DNA from: Alphaproteobacteria bacterium
GTDB taxonomy: Bacteria; Pseudomonadota; Alphaproteobacteria; MPNO01
NCBI GenBank assembly: GCA_964291675.2
Contig: OZ219866.1
Span: forward strand, 1,600,001-1,664,000
Length of the DNA stretch: 64,000 nucleotides
Direction of reading: 5' to 3'
Positions 37,638 through 47,397 of the stretch are shown here, piece after piece. Under the pieces are notes generated by a model. The model ran no database searches, was not told where the DNA came from, and saw only the letters and a list, made by a program, of their open reading frames with translations. The translations under genes and the position numbers were made by a program. Each line of letters begins with the position of its first letter. The first letter of the stretch is position 1.

Positions 37638-39152
37638 CTACCGCCCGCCGTCGTCGACGAAGCGGCTGATCCCGACATCCTCCCGCCAGCTCCGCCGCCA
37701 CGCCTCCAGCAGATGCGGGCGGAGCTTCGCGTTGCGCGCGGCGACCGCCCCGATGTCGGCGCGCAGCCCCGGCATCGCCGCCTCGACCTCGGACCGCAGC
37801 GCGTCCTCGTCGATGAAGGCGAGGCGGCGGTTCTCCATCGCCACCCTGCCGTCGACGATCACCGTATCCACGCTCTCGCCGCTCTCGGCGAACACGGTCT
37901 GGCGCGCCGCGCTGTTGAGCGGCACGTATTGCGGCGCGGCGAGATCGATCACCGCGATATCGGCCTTCATGCCCGGGCGGATCGCGCCGATTTCGCCGGC
38001 CAGCCCGAGCGCCCGCGCCCCGCCCAGCGTGGCGCAGGCGATGGTGTCGGCGGCGCTCGGCGGGCCGGGCTCGGGGTTGGTCACCGCGGCGAGCCCGGCG
38101 AACGCCTTCATCGCGTGGAACATGTTCTGCGAATCGCCGCAGGAGCAGTTGTCGCAGCCGATCGCGGTCGGCACCCCGGAATCGAGATAGCCGCGGATCG
38201 GCGGCACGCCGGACCGGGTCTTCAGGTTGCCGACCGGGTTGAGGATCACGTTGGTGCCGGTCCCGGCCAGGATCTCGATCTCGTCGGGGCGCATCCAGAC
38301 GCTGTGGGCGAGCCCGACATTGGGCCCGAGCAGCCCGACCGAGCGCAAATACTTGACCTGCGAGCCGTCATGCTCGGGCATGAACAGCCGGCCCGCGACC
38401 GCCATCGAGCGCGACTCGTAGATATGGGTGATCACCGGGAGGTCGTGCTCGGCCGACAGCGCCGCCAGCCCCTCCAGCAGGCGCGGGGTGCAGAACTCCG
38501 GGCTGGTCGGCCCGAGCGCCCAGCGGAACCGGGGCGAGGCGCCGCGCCAGGCGACAAAATGCTCGCGCACGTGCTCCAGCGGATCGAACCCGCCGGGCTC
38601 GACCGAGGCGCCGAGATGGCGGCGGTATTCCTCGGGCACGACCTCCTTCCAGAACGGCACCCGCTCGATCCCCGGGATGTCGCCGACTTGCAGCGAGAAG
38701 GTGCAGCGGATGCCGATCTCCTCATAGGCCGAGACCACGGTCTCCAGGTGTTCGGGGTCGAAGGGGAAGAGGGTGAGCATGTCCTGCACGGTGGTCATGC
38801 CCGAGCGCAGGCACTCGGCGGCGCCCAGCAGGGTGCGCGCGCGCACCTCCGCCGCCGACCGCTTGGGATAGGCCGGCGGCAAAGCGTGCATCAGCCAGAG
38901 TTCGAGCGGCAATGTCTCGAAGCAGCCCTTGAGCAGCACGTCGTGCGAGTGGTAATGCGCGTTGACGAAGCCCGGCATGACCAGCCTGCCCGCCGCGTCG
39001 ACGGTCTTGCCCGCGGGTCCGAGGTCCTCGCCGATTCCGGCGATGCGGTCGCCCTCGATCAGCACGTCGGCGACCGGCGGCAGGTCGGTGTCCCCGTCAT
39101 GATCGTAGACCCGGCCGCCCCGGATCAGGATGCTGGTCGCAGCTTCGGCCAT
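37638..39152 (-). CDS. Metal-dependent amidohydrolase (AtzA/MTA-SAH deaminase-like)
   Basis: PGFVNAHYH, THIYES, AHSVW, GCD, GMKADI. Confidence 0.92.
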   Translation of the reverse strand: MAEAATSILIRGGRVYDHDGDTDLPPVADVLIEGDRIAGIGEDLGPAGKTVDAAGRLVMPGFVNAHYHSHDVLLKGCFETLPLELWLMHALPPAYPKRSAAEVRARTLLGAAECLRSGMTTVQDMLTLFPFDPEHLETVVSAYEEIGIRCTFSLQVGDIPGIERVPFWKEVVPEEYRRHLGASVEPGGFDPLEHVREHFVAWRGASPRFRWALGPTSPEFCTPRLLEGLAALSAEHDLPVITHIYESRSMAVAGRLFMPEHDGSQVKYLRSVGLLGPNVGLAHSVWMRPDEIEILAGTGTNVILNPVGNLKTRSGVPPIRGYLDSGVPTAIGCDNCSCGDSQNMFHAMKAFAGLAAVTNPEPGPPSAADTIACATLGGARALGLAGEIGAIRPGMKADIAVIDLAAPQYVPLNSAARQTVFAESGESVDTVIVDGRVAMENRRLAFIDEDALRSEVEAAMPGLRADIGAVAARNAKLRPHLLEAWRRSWREDVGISRFVDDGGR

Positions 39153-39319
39153 GGTGGTCCTCCGTCCCGCCCACTATAGCGGGCCGCGCCCGAGTCGCAC
39201 CCGCCGGCCGGGCCGTTCGATACGCCGACCGGAATCCGCACCGACCCGCCAGCGCGACTTGCCGCGAGGCGGGCGAGATGCGAGGCTCGGCGCCGCGACG
39301 CAATGCGATGGAGCTTCGA

Positions 39320-40042
39320 ATGTACGGTTGGCGCGCCCGCATCGGCATGCTGCTGCCCTCGGTCAACTCGGCCGCGGAGCCGCTGGTCCAGGCGATGACG
39401 CCGGACGGGGTCTCGGTCCACACCACCAGGCTCCGGCTCGCCGGCTCCACCGAGGACGACATTTTGGGCATGGTCTCGGGCGTCGAGGAGGGGGCGAGCC
39501 TGCTCGCCGACGCCGAGGTCGACCTGATCGTCTTTCACTGCACCGCGGCGTCGATGTTCAGGCCCGGCTTCGACGACGACATCATCGCGCGCATCGAGGA
39601 CAGGACCGAGACGCCGGCGACCTCGACCTCGAAGGCGGTGATGGACGCCTTCGACACGCTCGACGTCAGGCGCATCGCGCTCACCACCCCCTACACCCAG
39701 GAGACCAACGACCGCGAAGTCGCCTATCTCGAAAGCCACCAGATCTCGGTGCTCAGCGAGACCGGGATGGGGATCGCCGGCAGCGGCACCGAGATGATCG
39801 CGGTCGAGCCCGGCGAATGGTACCGCCGGGTGAAACGCCAGCGGGACGAGGCGGCGGACGCCTATTTCATCTCCTGCACGGCGATCCGCGCCGCCGAGGC
39901 GATCGAGCCGCTGGAGCGCGATCTCGACAGGCCCGTCGTGACCAGCAACCAGGCCATGGTCTGGCACAGCCTGAAGCGGCTCGACATCCACGACCCGGTG
40001 CCGGGCTACGGAAGGCTGATGGACACGCTGGGCCGCGCCTGA
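39320..40042 (+). CDS. Maleate cis-trans isomerase / Asp-Glu racemase family
   Basis: IGMLLPSVN, FHCT, TPY, ISCT, TSNQA; both catalytic Cys present. Confidence 0.9.
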   Translation: MYGWRARIGMLLPSVNSAAEPLVQAMTPDGVSVHTTRLRLAGSTEDDILGMVSGVEEGASLLADAEVDLIVFHCTAASMFRPGFDDDIIARIEDRTETPATSTSKAVMDAFDTLDVRRIALTTPYTQETNDREVAYLESHQISVLSETGMGIAGSGTEMIAVEPGEWYRRVKRQRDEAADAYFISCTAIRAAEAIEPLERDLDRPVVTSNQAMVWHSLKRLDIHDPVPGYGRLMDTLGRA

Positions 40043-40062
40043 TCCCGCCCGATCCCGGGCGC

Positions 40063-41757
40063 ATGAACAAGTACCGCGAGCTCTGCCCGGCGGACGCGCG
40101 CCCCGACCTTCGCTTCGACCTCGCCGGGATGGACTACCCGGCGCGCATGAACGTGGCCGAGATTCTGCTCGAAGGGGCGATGGAGGCCGGCTGGGGCGGG
40201 CGCATCGCCTATTACTACCGCGACGAGGCGATCGACTATCGCGCGCTCCGTGCCCGGGTCCACCGCCATGCGGCGGCGCTCCGCGTGCTCGGCGTGAGGC
40301 CCGGGGACCGGGTCGTGCTGCGCATCGCCGACAGCCCGGCGCTGGTCTACGTGCTGCTGGCGGCGCATGCCATCGGCGCGGTGCCGATCCCGACCTATGT
40401 GCAGCTCCGCGCCGACGACCTCGCCTATCGCCTCGCCGACTCGGGCGCCCGCTTCGCGGTGGCGAGCGCGGCGCTCAAGGACGAGATGGACGCGGCGGTC
40501 GCGGCGACCCCGGGCGTGACCCTGGCGATAGCCGACGGCGATACCGGCGGGACCCTGCCGTCGCTGCCGGCGCTGTTGCCGGAGAGCGGGCCCGCGCCCG
40601 ACTATTTCGACAGCGACGCGGAAGACCTCACCCTGATCGTCTACACCTCGGGCTCGACCGGGCGGCCCAAGGGGGCCTGCCACTGCCACCGCGACCTGAT
40701 CGCCTCGGCCGATTCCTACTGGAAGCATTGCATCGGCCCGACCGCGGACGACGTGATCGGCGGCCCGCCCTCGATTCCGTTCTCGCTGGGCTACGGGCTG
40801 TTCGTGATCTTCCCCGCCCGCTTCGGCTCCGCCGCCGTGCTGGAGCCCGACAAGTCGGTCGAGGCATCGCTCGCCGCGATCGAGCGCCGCGGCGTCACCG
40901 TGTTCGCCGCCGTCGTCTCCTACTACCGGATGATGGCGGCGGGGCTCGACCGCGCCCGGATCGCGAGCCTCCGCCGCGCCATGACCGGCGGCGAGCCGCT
41001 CTCGCCCGAGACCGAGTCGCTGTGGCGCGAGGCCAGCGGGAAGGTGCTGGAGCAGTTCATCGGCACCACCGAGCTGTTCCACTGCTTCGTCACCTCGAGC
41101 GAGCCCGGCCGGCCGGCGCGGTCCGGCACCATGGGCCGCGCCTCGCCGGGCTACGAGGTGGCGGTGCTGGATGCGGACACCCTCGCCCCGGTCGCCGACG
41201 GCGAGCGCGGGCTGCTGGCGGTGCGGGGCTGCACCGGCACCGTCTACTGGCGGAACGAGGAGCGCCAGCGCGCGCTGGTGCGGGATGGCTGGAACGTCTT
41301 TCCCGACGTGGTGACGCGGGATTCGGAGGGCTGGTTCCGCTATGTCGCGCGGCACGACGACATGATCGTCTCGGCCGGCCACAACATCTCCCCGATCGAG
41401 GTCGAGACGGCGCTGCTCGGCCACGCGGCGGTGCTCGACTGCGCCTGCGTGCCGGCGCCGGACCCCGCCGGCCTGCGCGACGCCATCGTCAAGGCCTATG
41501 TCGTCGCCGCGCCCGGCTTCGCGGCGGGCGGCGAGCTGGCCCGGGCGCTGCAGGCGCATGTCAAGGCGACCGCCCCGCCCTACATGTACCCGCGCGCCAT
41601 CGCCTTCCTCGACGCGCTCCCCAAGACCCCCAACGGCAAGGTGCTGCGCTCGGAGCTGCGCGCCCGCGCGGCGTCCTTCGATACGCCCCCTTCGGGGGCT
41701 ACTCAGGATGAGGGTGGGGTTGTGGGGACCGCAAAGCCTTCTCCTCATCCCGGGTAG
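40063..41757 (+). CDS. Aromatic acid-CoA ligase (benzoate/2-aminobenzoate-CoA ligase-like)
   Basis: YTSGSTGRPKG, IGTTE, RHDDMI, LPKTPNGKVLR; C-terminus runs into a REP element. Confidence 0.92.
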   Translation: MNKYRELCPADARPDLRFDLAGMDYPARMNVAEILLEGAMEAGWGGRIAYYYRDEAIDYRALRARVHRHAAALRVLGVRPGDRVVLRIADSPALVYVLLAAHAIGAVPIPTYVQLRADDLAYRLADSGARFAVASAALKDEMDAAVAATPGVTLAIADGDTGGTLPSLPALLPESGPAPDYFDSDAEDLTLIVYTSGSTGRPKGACHCHRDLIASADSYWKHCIGPTADDVIGGPPSIPFSLGYGLFVIFPARFGSAAVLEPDKSVEASLAAIERRGVTVFAAVVSYYRMMAAGLDRARIASLRRAMTGGEPLSPETESLWREASGKVLEQFIGTTELFHCFVTSSEPGRPARSGTMGRASPGYEVAVLDADTLAPVADGERGLLAVRGCTGTVYWRNEERQRALVRDGWNVFPDVVTRDSEGWFRYVARHDDMIVSAGHNISPIEVETALLGHAAVLDCACVPAPDPAGLRDAIVKAYVVAAPGFAAGGELARALQAHVKATAPPYMYPRAIAFLDALPKTPNGKVLRSELRARAASFDTPPSGATQDEGGVVGTAKPSPHPG

Positions 41758-41871
41758 GCGCGTCCTTCGATACGCCCGCCTGCGGCGGGCTACTCAGGAC
41801 GAGGGGTTCTCTTGAGGCTGACCAACCTCCCCTCATCCTGAGTAGCCGCGAAGCGGCGTATCGAAGGACGC
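41671..41871. repeat. Tandem REP-like elements, family A, overlapping two convergent gene ends
   Basis: Two adjacent units; both flanking stop codons lie inside the repeat. Confidence 0.85.
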
Positions 41872-43020
41872 GGCGCAATCGGGCGTCCAGCCGAGCGGCA
41901 CGTGGGTCGCCGTGCGCAGGCGCTGCCGTTCGATCCAGCGGTTCTTGTGGGCGAAGTCGTAGAACCGGGCGCGCAGCCAGGGCGGCCAGCGTCCCGGCCA
42001 GCCATAGATCGTCGAGATGCGCTGGGTGTGCTCGGTGAGCGGGCGTTCGCTGCGCTCCCATTCGGCGAGCCCGGCGGCGATGTCGCGATGCCGGTCGAGA
42101 TGCACCGCGAGCGCGAGTCCGTTCATCATCCCGCAGCCGCCGCCCTGGCCAAGATTGGGGGCCATGGCGTGCGCGGCATCGCCGATCATCGCGACCCGCC
42201 CGCTCGACCAGCGCCTGAGCCGGACGACGACGAACGGGTCCCACCGCCCGCGCCCGCCGATGCGCGGGAACAGAGGGGCGAGATGCGGGAAGGTCCGGGT
42301 CCAGAGGTCGACATCGACGGGGATGCGCTGGGCCTCGCTGTCGGTCACCGGGCAGAGCAATGCGAGATAGACCGCCTCGTCGGAGACCGGGGTGTAGAGC
42401 AGCCGGCGCCTTCCCGACCAGTACTCGATGTAGCTCTGCGTCTCGGGGTCGCGGCGCTCGTCGGCGGTGCGCGGCACCAGGAGGCGGATCGCGCCGTCCG
42501 GCAGCCGCCGGAACGAGCGCATCAGGCCGAGCGAGTGGCGCACCGGCGAGCCCACCCCGTCGGCGCCGATCACCAGATCCGCCGCGAGCCGCCGCCCGTC
42601 GGCGAGCGCCAGCACCCCGTCCGGATCGGCGCCGGCGACCTCGGATCCGGTGACGATCTCGGCGCCGGCCGCGCGAGCCGCCGCCGCCAGCGCGTCGATG
42701 CAGGTCTGGCGGACGATCGAGAACATGCGCATCGGGCCTTCCGCCGGCCATTCGATGCGCGCGATGGTGTTGTTGGCATCGTCGCGCATCTCGCGCGCGC
42801 GGCCAGGGAAGGCGCCACGCGTGGCGGCCTCGTAGGCGCCCACCGCCTCGAACGTCTTGAGCCCGTTCTCGTAGATGTAGATGCCGGCGCCGGCGGTGCG
42901 CAGCCGGTCCGCCGCCTCGTGGACGCGGACGCTCCAGCCGCGCCGGGCGAAGGCCGCCGCGGCGGTCAGCCCGGCGAACCCGGCGCCCGCGATCTCCACA
43001 TGCCGCCGCGCCGCCGCCAT
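41833..43020 (-). CDS. FAD-dependent monooxygenase, MHPCO-like (hydroxypyridine ring-cleaving oxygenase family)
   Basis: EIAGAGFAGLTAA, GAGIY, GADGVGSPVR, DGAIRLLVPR, GDAAHAMAPNLGQG; resembles MHPCO along its length. Confidence 0.85.
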   Translation of the reverse strand: MAAARRHVEIAGAGFAGLTAAAAFARRGWSVRVHEAADRLRTAGAGIYIYENGLKTFEAVGAYEAATRGAFPGRAREMRDDANNTIARIEWPAEGPMRMFSIVRQTCIDALAAAARAAGAEIVTGSEVAGADPDGVLALADGRRLAADLVIGADGVGSPVRHSLGLMRSFRRLPDGAIRLLVPRTADERRDPETQSYIEYWSGRRRLLYTPVSDEAVYLALLCPVTDSEAQRIPVDVDLWTRTFPHLAPLFPRIGGRGRWDPFVVVRLRRWSSGRVAMIGDAAHAMAPNLGQGGGCGMMNGLALAVHLDRHRDIAAGLAEWERSERPLTEHTQRISTIYGWPGRWPPWLRARFYDFAHKNRWIERQRLRTATHVPLGWTPDCAASFDTPLRGYSG

Positions 43021-43032
43021 GGCCGCGCCCGG

Positions 43033-43740
43033 TCAGGCGGCAGGCGCCAGGGTCCGCCGGAAGAAGTCGAGCAGCTTGGCCTGCGCGTCGCGCGACTGCT
43101 CTTCCCGGTAGTTGGGGCCGAGGAAGTTCTGGAACGCGTGCCCGGCGCCGTCATAGGCGTGGAAGACGTGGTCGATTCCGTGCTCGGTCATCGCCGCGCC
43201 GATCTTCGCCACGTCGTCCGGCGAGGGGTTCTCGTCCTCGTTGCCGAAGAAGCCGATGACCGGGCAGCCGATCGCGCCGACGCGCTCGATCGGCGCCGGG
43301 TTGCCCTCGCCCCAGGGTTTGAAGATGTTGCCGCCATAGAAGATGCCGCAGGCGGTGAACGCGCGGTTGGTCGAGGCGCCGATGAACGCCGAGCGCCCGC
43401 CCATGCAGTGCCCGACGATGCCGAGCGCGCCGTCGCGCCGGTCGGCGCGGCCCGAGACATAGTCCGCCGTCGCGTCGATGTCGGCGACGATCTCCCTGTC
43501 GTTCAGCGCGCCCATCGACTGCGTCGTGTCCTCGCCCGCCGGGCGCCGGTGGTAGAACGCGGGCGCCGCGGCGATATAGCCCTCGGCTGCGAGCCCCTCG
43601 ACGAACTTCCGGGTGAAGTCGTCGAGCGCGCCCCGATGATGGGTGACCACCACGCCGGGATGCGGGCCCGGCGTCGCCGGTGCGTCGACATAGACCTCCA
43701 TCGAGCTGCCGCCGACGGTGAGAAATTCGGTATGCGCCAT
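43033..43740 (-). CDS. Dienelactone hydrolase family
   Basis: GHCMGG nucleophile motif, YDGAGHAF. Confidence 0.92.
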   Translation of the reverse strand: MAHTEFLTVGGSSMEVYVDAPATPGPHPGVVVTHHRGALDDFTRKFVEGLAAEGYIAAAPAFYHRRPAGEDTTQSMGALNDREIVADIDATADYVSGRADRRDGALGIVGHCMGGRSAFIGASTNRAFTACGIFYGGNIFKPWGEGNPAPIERVGAIGCPVIGFFGNEDENPSPDDVAKIGAAMTEHGIDHVFHAYDGAGHAFQNFLGPNYREEQSRDAQAKLLDFFRRTLAPAA

Positions 43741-43750
43741 GCTTCGCCTC

Positions 43751-44764
43751 CTAGGAGATGGCCGCGGCCTGGGTATCGGGTATGTCGGTCTCGTCGTAGC
43801 GGATGTCGCGGAACGCGCCCGAGGCGACCGGGCGGTAGAGCGGCGGCCTGGCCGCGTCGGTGCAGCTCGGCAGGCAGGCGATCTCCGCGTCGTAGTTGGG
43901 CTGGTGGAAGAAGCCGATCGAGATGCGCCGCGCGCTCGGCCCGATCGCGGCCGGCGGGTTGACCACGCGGTGAAAGTTCGAGGTCCAGACGTCGTTGGTC
44001 CAGCGCCGGAACAGATCGCCGACATTGACCACGAACACGTCGGGCCGGGTCTCCACGTCGTACCAGCGCCCGTCGCGGTCCTGCACCTGGAGACCGCCCG
44101 GCTCGTCCTCGCCCATCAATATGGTGAAGGTGCCGAAATCGGTATGCGCGCCGGCGCGGATCTGGCCCTCCGGCGGGGCGACCGGCTGCGGCGGGTAGTG
44201 GTTGATCCGCATGGCGGTAACGTGACGGTCGATCTTGTCCTCGAACCAGCCCTCTTCGAGGTCGAGCGCGAGCGCGGCAAGCCGCATCAGATGGCCGACC
44301 AGCGCCTCCATCGCCGCGTAGTAGGCGCAAGCGGCATGGCGGAAGGCGGCCGGGCGGTCGGGCCAGATATTGGCGATGAAATAGCGCTGCCCCTCCTCGC
44401 CGGTGTAGTAGGGGTCATCCGGCCAGGACTCCCTGCCGAAGTGGTAGAACTCCTTGAGGTCGGGCGGCGCCGCCCGGCCGGCGGCGCGGCCGAGCGCCTC
44501 GCCCTCATAGACCCGGAGCCCCCTCGGCGTGCCGGCCACGGGGTGGACGCATTCGCGCTTCTCCGCATCCGGCAGGGCGAAGTATTCGTGCGAGGTGCGG
44601 CGCAGATCCTGGACGATCCCGGCGTCCACGCCGTGGCCGGAGATCGAGAAGAAGCCGATATCGGCGCAGGCCGCGCCGATCGCCTTGCCGACCCGGCGGC
44701 GCTCCGCTTCGCCGCCGCCGAAATAGGGTTCGATGTCGATCAGCGGCACGCGTGCGCTGCTCAT
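43751..44764 (-). CDS. Isopenicillin-N-synthase-like 2OG-Fe(II) oxygenase
   Basis: GFFSISGHGV, NHYP, HTDFG, HRV, RISI. Confidence 0.93.
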   Translation of the reverse strand: MSSARVPLIDIEPYFGGGEAERRRVGKAIGAACADIGFFSISGHGVDAGIVQDLRRTSHEYFALPDAEKRECVHPVAGTPRGLRVYEGEALGRAAGRAAPPDLKEFYHFGRESWPDDPYYTGEEGQRYFIANIWPDRPAAFRHAACAYYAAMEALVGHLMRLAALALDLEEGWFEDKIDRHVTAMRINHYPPQPVAPPEGQIRAGAHTDFGTFTILMGEDEPGGLQVQDRDGRWYDVETRPDVFVVNVGDLFRRWTNDVWTSNFHRVVNPPAAIGPSARRISIGFFHQPNYDAEIACLPSCTDAARPPLYRPVASGAFRDIRYDETDIPDTQAAAIS

Positions 44765-44913
44765 CGGTCGCTCCTGCTCGCCTCGATTGCCTGTCCGGGC
44801 GCAGGATGCCTCGCGGGCCGGCCCAGGGGAAGACCCCGCTTTACAGCCCCGCTTTACAGCGATGCGGCCGGTCGCGAGACTGCGGCGATCTTCGAACGAT
44901 CGGGAGGGTTGCG

Positions 44914-47235
44914 ATGAAGTTCGGCGTCGGACAGCCGGTTTCGCGCACGGAGGACCCGCGCTTTCTCAAGGGCGAGGGCCGCTATGTCGACGACATCGCC
45001 CTGCCCGGCGAGGTGCACGGATACGTGCTGCGCTCGCCGCACGCGGCTGCCCGCATCCGCTCGCTCGACGTGGAGGACGCGCGCCGCGCGCCCGGCGTCG
45101 TCCTGGTGCTGACCCGGGAAGATGTCGAGGCCGAGGGGGTCGACGGCATCCCGCACTTCATCCCGCCGATGGCGTTCGGCGCCCCGCCGCCCAGATTCAG
45201 CCCGCTGCACCCGGTGCTCGCCGGCGACCGGGTGCGCCATGTCGGCACGCCGGTCGCCTTCGTGGTGGCCGAGACGCTGGACCGGGCGATGGACGCGGCG
45301 GAGACCGTCGCGGTCGATTACGAGATCCTGCCCTCGGTGACCGCGCCGGGGCGGGCGACCGCCGAAGGCGCGCCGGCGGTGTGGGACGAGGCGCCGGACA
45401 ATATCTGGTTCACCGTCGAGCGCGGCGACCGGGCGGCGACCGATGCCGCCTTCGCGCGCGCCGCGCATGTGACGCGGCTCAGCCTCTCGAACAACCGGCT
45501 GAGCTGCAATGCGATGGAGCCGCGGGCGACGATCGTCGAGTACCGGCCCGCCACCGACCACGTGACCATGTACACCGAGAACCAGTCGCCGCACGCCCAG
45601 CGCAGCCATCTCTCGCACGTGTTCCACAAGCCGGAGGGGAATTTCCGGGTGATCAGCCCGGATGTCGGCGGCGGGTTCGGGATGAAGAACGCGGTCTATC
45701 CCGAGGACGCGCTCTGCGTGATCGCCGCAAGACGGCTCGGACGCCCGGTGCGCTGGACCGCCGACCGGACCGAGAGCCTACAGAGCGACGCCCATGCGCG
45801 GGACGCGGTGACCGAGGCCGCGCTGGCGCTCGACGCGGAGGGAAACTTCCTCGCGCTGCGCGCCGAGACCGACCACGCGGTCGGCGCCTATCTCGGCGAG
45901 GCGGGCTGCGTGCCGGTCGGGCTGGGCTCGACCATGTATGCCGGCAACTACGACCTGCCGGCCGCCTGGCTCTCGGTCAACGCGGTGTTCACCAACACCA
46001 ACACGGTGGCGCCCTATCGCGGCGCCGGCCGGCCGGAGGCCTGCTACATCGTCGAGCGGCTGGTCGACCAGGCGGCGGTCGAGCTCGGCATCGACCCGGT
46101 CGAGCTCCGGCGGCGCAACTACATCAAGCCCGCCGACATGCCCTACCAGAACGCGATCATGACGGTCTACGACACCGGCGAGTTCGAGAGGATCGCCGAC
46201 AGCGCGGTGGCGCTCGCCGACCGCGACGGCTTCGCCACCCGAAAGGCGGCATCCGCGGCGGCGGGAAGGCTGCGCGGTCTCGGCGTCACCTATTTCATCG
46301 AGATCGGCGCGCCGTTCAACGACCGCATGCAGCTCTATTTCGACCCGGCGGGCGGGGTCACGATCGCCGCCGGCACGCACAGCCACGGCCAGGGCCACCA
46401 GACGGTCTACGCGCAGATGGTATCGGACTGGCTCGGCGTCGAGTTCGACAGCATCCGCCTGGTGCAGGGCGACACCGACCAGGTGGCCTACGGGCGGGGC
46501 ACCTACGGCTCGCGCTCGGTCACCGTCGGCGGGGCGGCGCTCAAGGACGCGGCCGACCAGGTGATCGCCAAGGCGAAGCGCATGGCCGCCCATCTGATGG
46601 AGGCGGCGGAGGCCGATATCGAGTTCGCGGACGGAAGCTTCACCGTCGCCGGCACCGACAAGTCGATCGGCATCGTCGACATCGCCCGGGCGTCGTTCAT
46701 GCCGGTCGGCTGGCCCGAGGCGTTCGGCATCGGGCTGGAGGCGACCGGCAGCTTCACGCCGACCAACGGCAACTTCCCCAATGGCTGCCACATCTGCGAG
46801 GTCGAGGTGGATCCCGAGACCGGAAGGGTCGAGCTTGTGCGCTACTCGGCGGTCAACGATTCGGGGCTGATCGTCAACCCGCTACTGTTCGAGGGCCAGG
46901 TGCATGGCGGGCTCGCCCAGGGCATCGGCCAGGTGCTGCTCGAGCACGTCGTCTATGACGAGGAGTCGGGCCAGCTCCAGTCCGGCTCCTTCATGGATTA
47001 CTGCATGCCGCGCGCCGACGACCTGCCGTCCTTCGTGCTCGACGATGTCGAGGTCTACTGCGAGACCAACCCGCTCGGGGTCAAGGGCGCGGGCGAGACC
47101 GGAACCGTCGCCGCGCTGCCCGCGGTGATGCACGCCATCCTCGATGCGCTGCGCCCGCTCGGCGTCTCCGACCTCCAGATGCCGGCCACGCCGCAATCCG
47201 TCTGGCAGGCGATCCGCGACGCGCGGGCGGCGTAG
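44914..47235 (+). CDS. Xanthine dehydrogenase-family molybdopterin-binding subunit (CoxL form II-like)
   Basis: RTEDPRFLKGEGRYVDD, VGGGFG, YRGAGR, GQVHGG, KGAGE. Confidence 0.93.
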   Translation: MKFGVGQPVSRTEDPRFLKGEGRYVDDIALPGEVHGYVLRSPHAAARIRSLDVEDARRAPGVVLVLTREDVEAEGVDGIPHFIPPMAFGAPPPRFSPLHPVLAGDRVRHVGTPVAFVVAETLDRAMDAAETVAVDYEILPSVTAPGRATAEGAPAVWDEAPDNIWFTVERGDRAATDAAFARAAHVTRLSLSNNRLSCNAMEPRATIVEYRPATDHVTMYTENQSPHAQRSHLSHVFHKPEGNFRVISPDVGGGFGMKNAVYPEDALCVIAARRLGRPVRWTADRTESLQSDAHARDAVTEAALALDAEGNFLALRAETDHAVGAYLGEAGCVPVGLGSTMYAGNYDLPAAWLSVNAVFTNTNTVAPYRGAGRPEACYIVERLVDQAAVELGIDPVELRRRNYIKPADMPYQNAIMTVYDTGEFERIADSAVALADRDGFATRKAASAAAGRLRGLGVTYFIEIGAPFNDRMQLYFDPAGGVTIAAGTHSHGQGHQTVYAQMVSDWLGVEFDSIRLVQGDTDQVAYGRGTYGSRSVTVGGAALKDAADQVIAKAKRMAAHLMEAAEADIEFADGSFTVAGTDKSIGIVDIARASFMPVGWPEAFGIGLEATGSFTPTNGNFPNGCHICEVEVDPETGRVELVRYSAVNDSGLIVNPLLFEGQVHGGLAQGIGQVLLEHVVYDEESGQLQSGSFMDYCMPRADDLPSFVLDDVEVYCETNPLGVKGAGETGTVAALPAVMHAILDALRPLGVSDLQMPATPQSVWQAIRDARAA

Positions 47236-47244
47236 GGGTGGGCC

Positions 47245-47350
47245 GTCCTTCGATACGCGGCTTCGCCGCTACTCAGGATGAGGCGGGAGGCGCAGGCGCC
47301 GATAAACCACCCCTCATCCCGAGTAGGCGCGAAGCGCCGTATCGAGGGAC
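47245..47350. repeat. REP-like palindromic element, family A
   Basis: Same inverted pair as above. Confidence 0.85.
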
Positions 47351-47397
47351 GCGCCGCGACGGTTCCATCTGACGCGGATACGCTCTAGGAAATGCGC

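Noticed and set aside
39130-40062. N-terminal extension making an 875-aa CoA ligase
   Set aside because: It overlaps the isomerase gene in another frame; ligase similarity begins at 40063.
44914-47235. True aerobic CO dehydrogenase
   Set aside because: The active-site loop is YRGAGR, not the form I AYxCSFR.
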